Origin: Tubiluchus corallicola
Lineage: Eukaryota; Animalia; Priapulida
NCBI GenBank assembly: GCA_030141605.1
Contig: JAQGDQ010000003.1
Span: forward strand, 2,666,001 to 2,730,000
Length of the DNA: 64,000 nt
Direction of reading: 5' to 3'
The notes beneath the pieces are model-generated. The model made no database searches, was not told the origin of the DNA, and saw nothing but the letters and a program-made list of their open reading frames with translations. A program made the translations under genes and the position numbers. Of this stretch, positions 62,013-64,000 are shown piece after piece. Numbering within the stretch: the stretch's first letter is position 1; each line of letters begins with the position of its first letter.

Positions 62013-64000
62013 ACTGACTTGTATTTAGTATATTTAGTTGATCGAGTAAAACCCAACGATCAAATTAAAAGTTATTTCAGCGGAATGAAACGAGAGCCGC
62101 TAATAAGGAACGTAAATATATCGAATGGAAACATAATACTGGGTTATAGCTCGCTATTAGTAAATTAATCGTGCTCACAATGTAATAATAATGGGACTGA
62201 CCGTGCTTTAGAGATTATATTTACTGCAAAGTTTTAGCTTTTTGGCATATTCTGCAATTAATGGTAGCAGCTGCACATCGAATACAAAAAAACGAGTGTA
62301 ACAAGTGTAATTGTATTTTGGCATTTGGGACAGCGCTACAACCTCGGTTGCATCCTTGTTGAAACCGTATGATCAATTACACGACTGCTACACAAGTTGA
62401 AACTTGTAATGGCAATTCTACTCGTTACAATGCCTGGCTTTTTATTAATCATGCATCTATACGATATGATACTCTAAGCCTATATAAACCTATATAGGGT
62501 ACAAAATAAGCCTATATAAAATAGTTGTAGAATACTAATTGTACTTATAAGTGCATAGTTTTATGGATCAAGTTTATCGAGCTTAAAACATGATAAAGTT
62601 TAATATCTAACATTATTTAGACACGTTTGAATTCTAAATTTATTTAAATATTATTAAGCCTTATTTAAGTCTGAAGCTCATTGTACGACATTTGGCCCTT
62701 CACCCTATCTACAATTTTACTATATTTTACACTTTGTACGCAACAAAAGAAGCCAAAAAACTGAATAACTGTAAAATTTAGTTTGTATTTATGACAGAAA
62801 TGATGTATTTTTAAGTCCAGGAATGATCTAGCAAAAGACTTTTCAACGCAAAACTCCTTTCACTTTTTAAGAGCATGTGGCATCAAAGAGGTCAGCAAAA
62901 TGTCTGAAGATATCAACTGTTACGATCCTAGACTTCAACAAAATCCGTGAATCAGCAGTATGATGTCTAAAGCAAAATGAGTGGTTGAGTTAAAACAAAT
63001 ACTAGGTCGGCCAGTAAAAATTTTAACAGTTCTTCGATCAGTGAAGCAATGAGCTACGGTGCTTAGTCTTGAAACACGATCCCTGGATGATGTGCAAATA
63101 TTTCATTTGGATATTGACAATTTAGTACAGGTATTGTAAGAAACACAATATTATCACAGACAGCTGTATACATGCTGTAGGCAGGTAGACATGTCAACTA
63201 TTTATCAACTTATGTACACCTTGATAAGAAAGTCAATACACGACTCGATACTTTAATACTCCCAACTTAGTTGTAACGTTGCAGTTTGAGTGCAAACTAT
63301 TTATTTTATTCAGTGACCATTAAAAGTAATAAAACGTAATAACGACTTGACAGAGAAAAAGGGATACAGTCATTATATATAAAACTTGGTCGATAAAATG
63401 AGAATACTCAATTTAAAACATGATGTTTATGATGTTTTTCATTAATTGTTTTAACCTTCAAATATCCTAGAGCAAATCTTTGATGTAATACACGAAACTG
63501 TATAGTTCCGCTAATAACGGCCAGCTACTAGTTACAAGGTATACACAAACTGGTGATAATCTTGCGTCAGTTGGGAAAAACAATTCGATGGATGTTCACT
63601 ATTCATTTTAGGCCACAGTTTTTTCACCCCTTTGACATTTTTCTTTTCATTCTAGCCACGTGTCGGAGCACGTTTAAAGGTATACTGACATACCCGTTGA
63701 AATTCCAAGGAATATCAAACGTGTGTAACTTATTACACAAGTTACATACATTTACATCTATATTTATTACACAAGTTACACACATTTACAAATGTAATAA
63801 AGTACGTATAAAATTCTTGCATGTAATAGTCGAGAACTGTCGTTCGCAACAGCGTTTATACCAAGTATCTAAATAAATTGCTAAAGTGTAGACGTTAATT
63901 TGAAACAAGTGAATAAAGAGTTAAAAAGTACAAAGCGTAAAATTAAATGAAACACACAGTATCAACTCACACTGACACTGACAACAGTTGTAATATACGC

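Overview
AT-rich, intron-containing eukaryotic DNA, most likely from an invertebrate animal (inferred; the taxon cannot be fixed from the sequence). I can support three host genes. (1) An intronless 801-aa multi-C2H2 zinc-finger ORF (7563-9968, +). (2) A gene of about 21 coding exons and about 1650 aa (+, ~24219-45040), spliced by hand. It encodes a long disordered, Tyr/Pro-motif-rich adaptor region ending in a PEAK1/Pragmin (SgK269/SgK223)-family pseudokinase with a strongly shortened activation segment. (3) A convergent cysteine dioxygenase gene (CDO1-like, -, exons 56899-48704) whose first exon was not found and probably lies beyond the window. The remainder is repeats: a decayed ~4.3 kb element with a frameshifted coiled-coil gene and a nested 5'-truncated RTE LINE with a perfect 12-bp TSD, an RTE-X-like LINE fragment in a (CT)n tract, a Kolobok-like MITE, a HINE-like element, tRNA-derived fragments, microsatellites and a decayed 19-bp minisatellite. 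No CRISPR array, rRNA or intact tRNA was seen. All exon models and family calls come from reading the sequence and from memory of the families; no database search was run.
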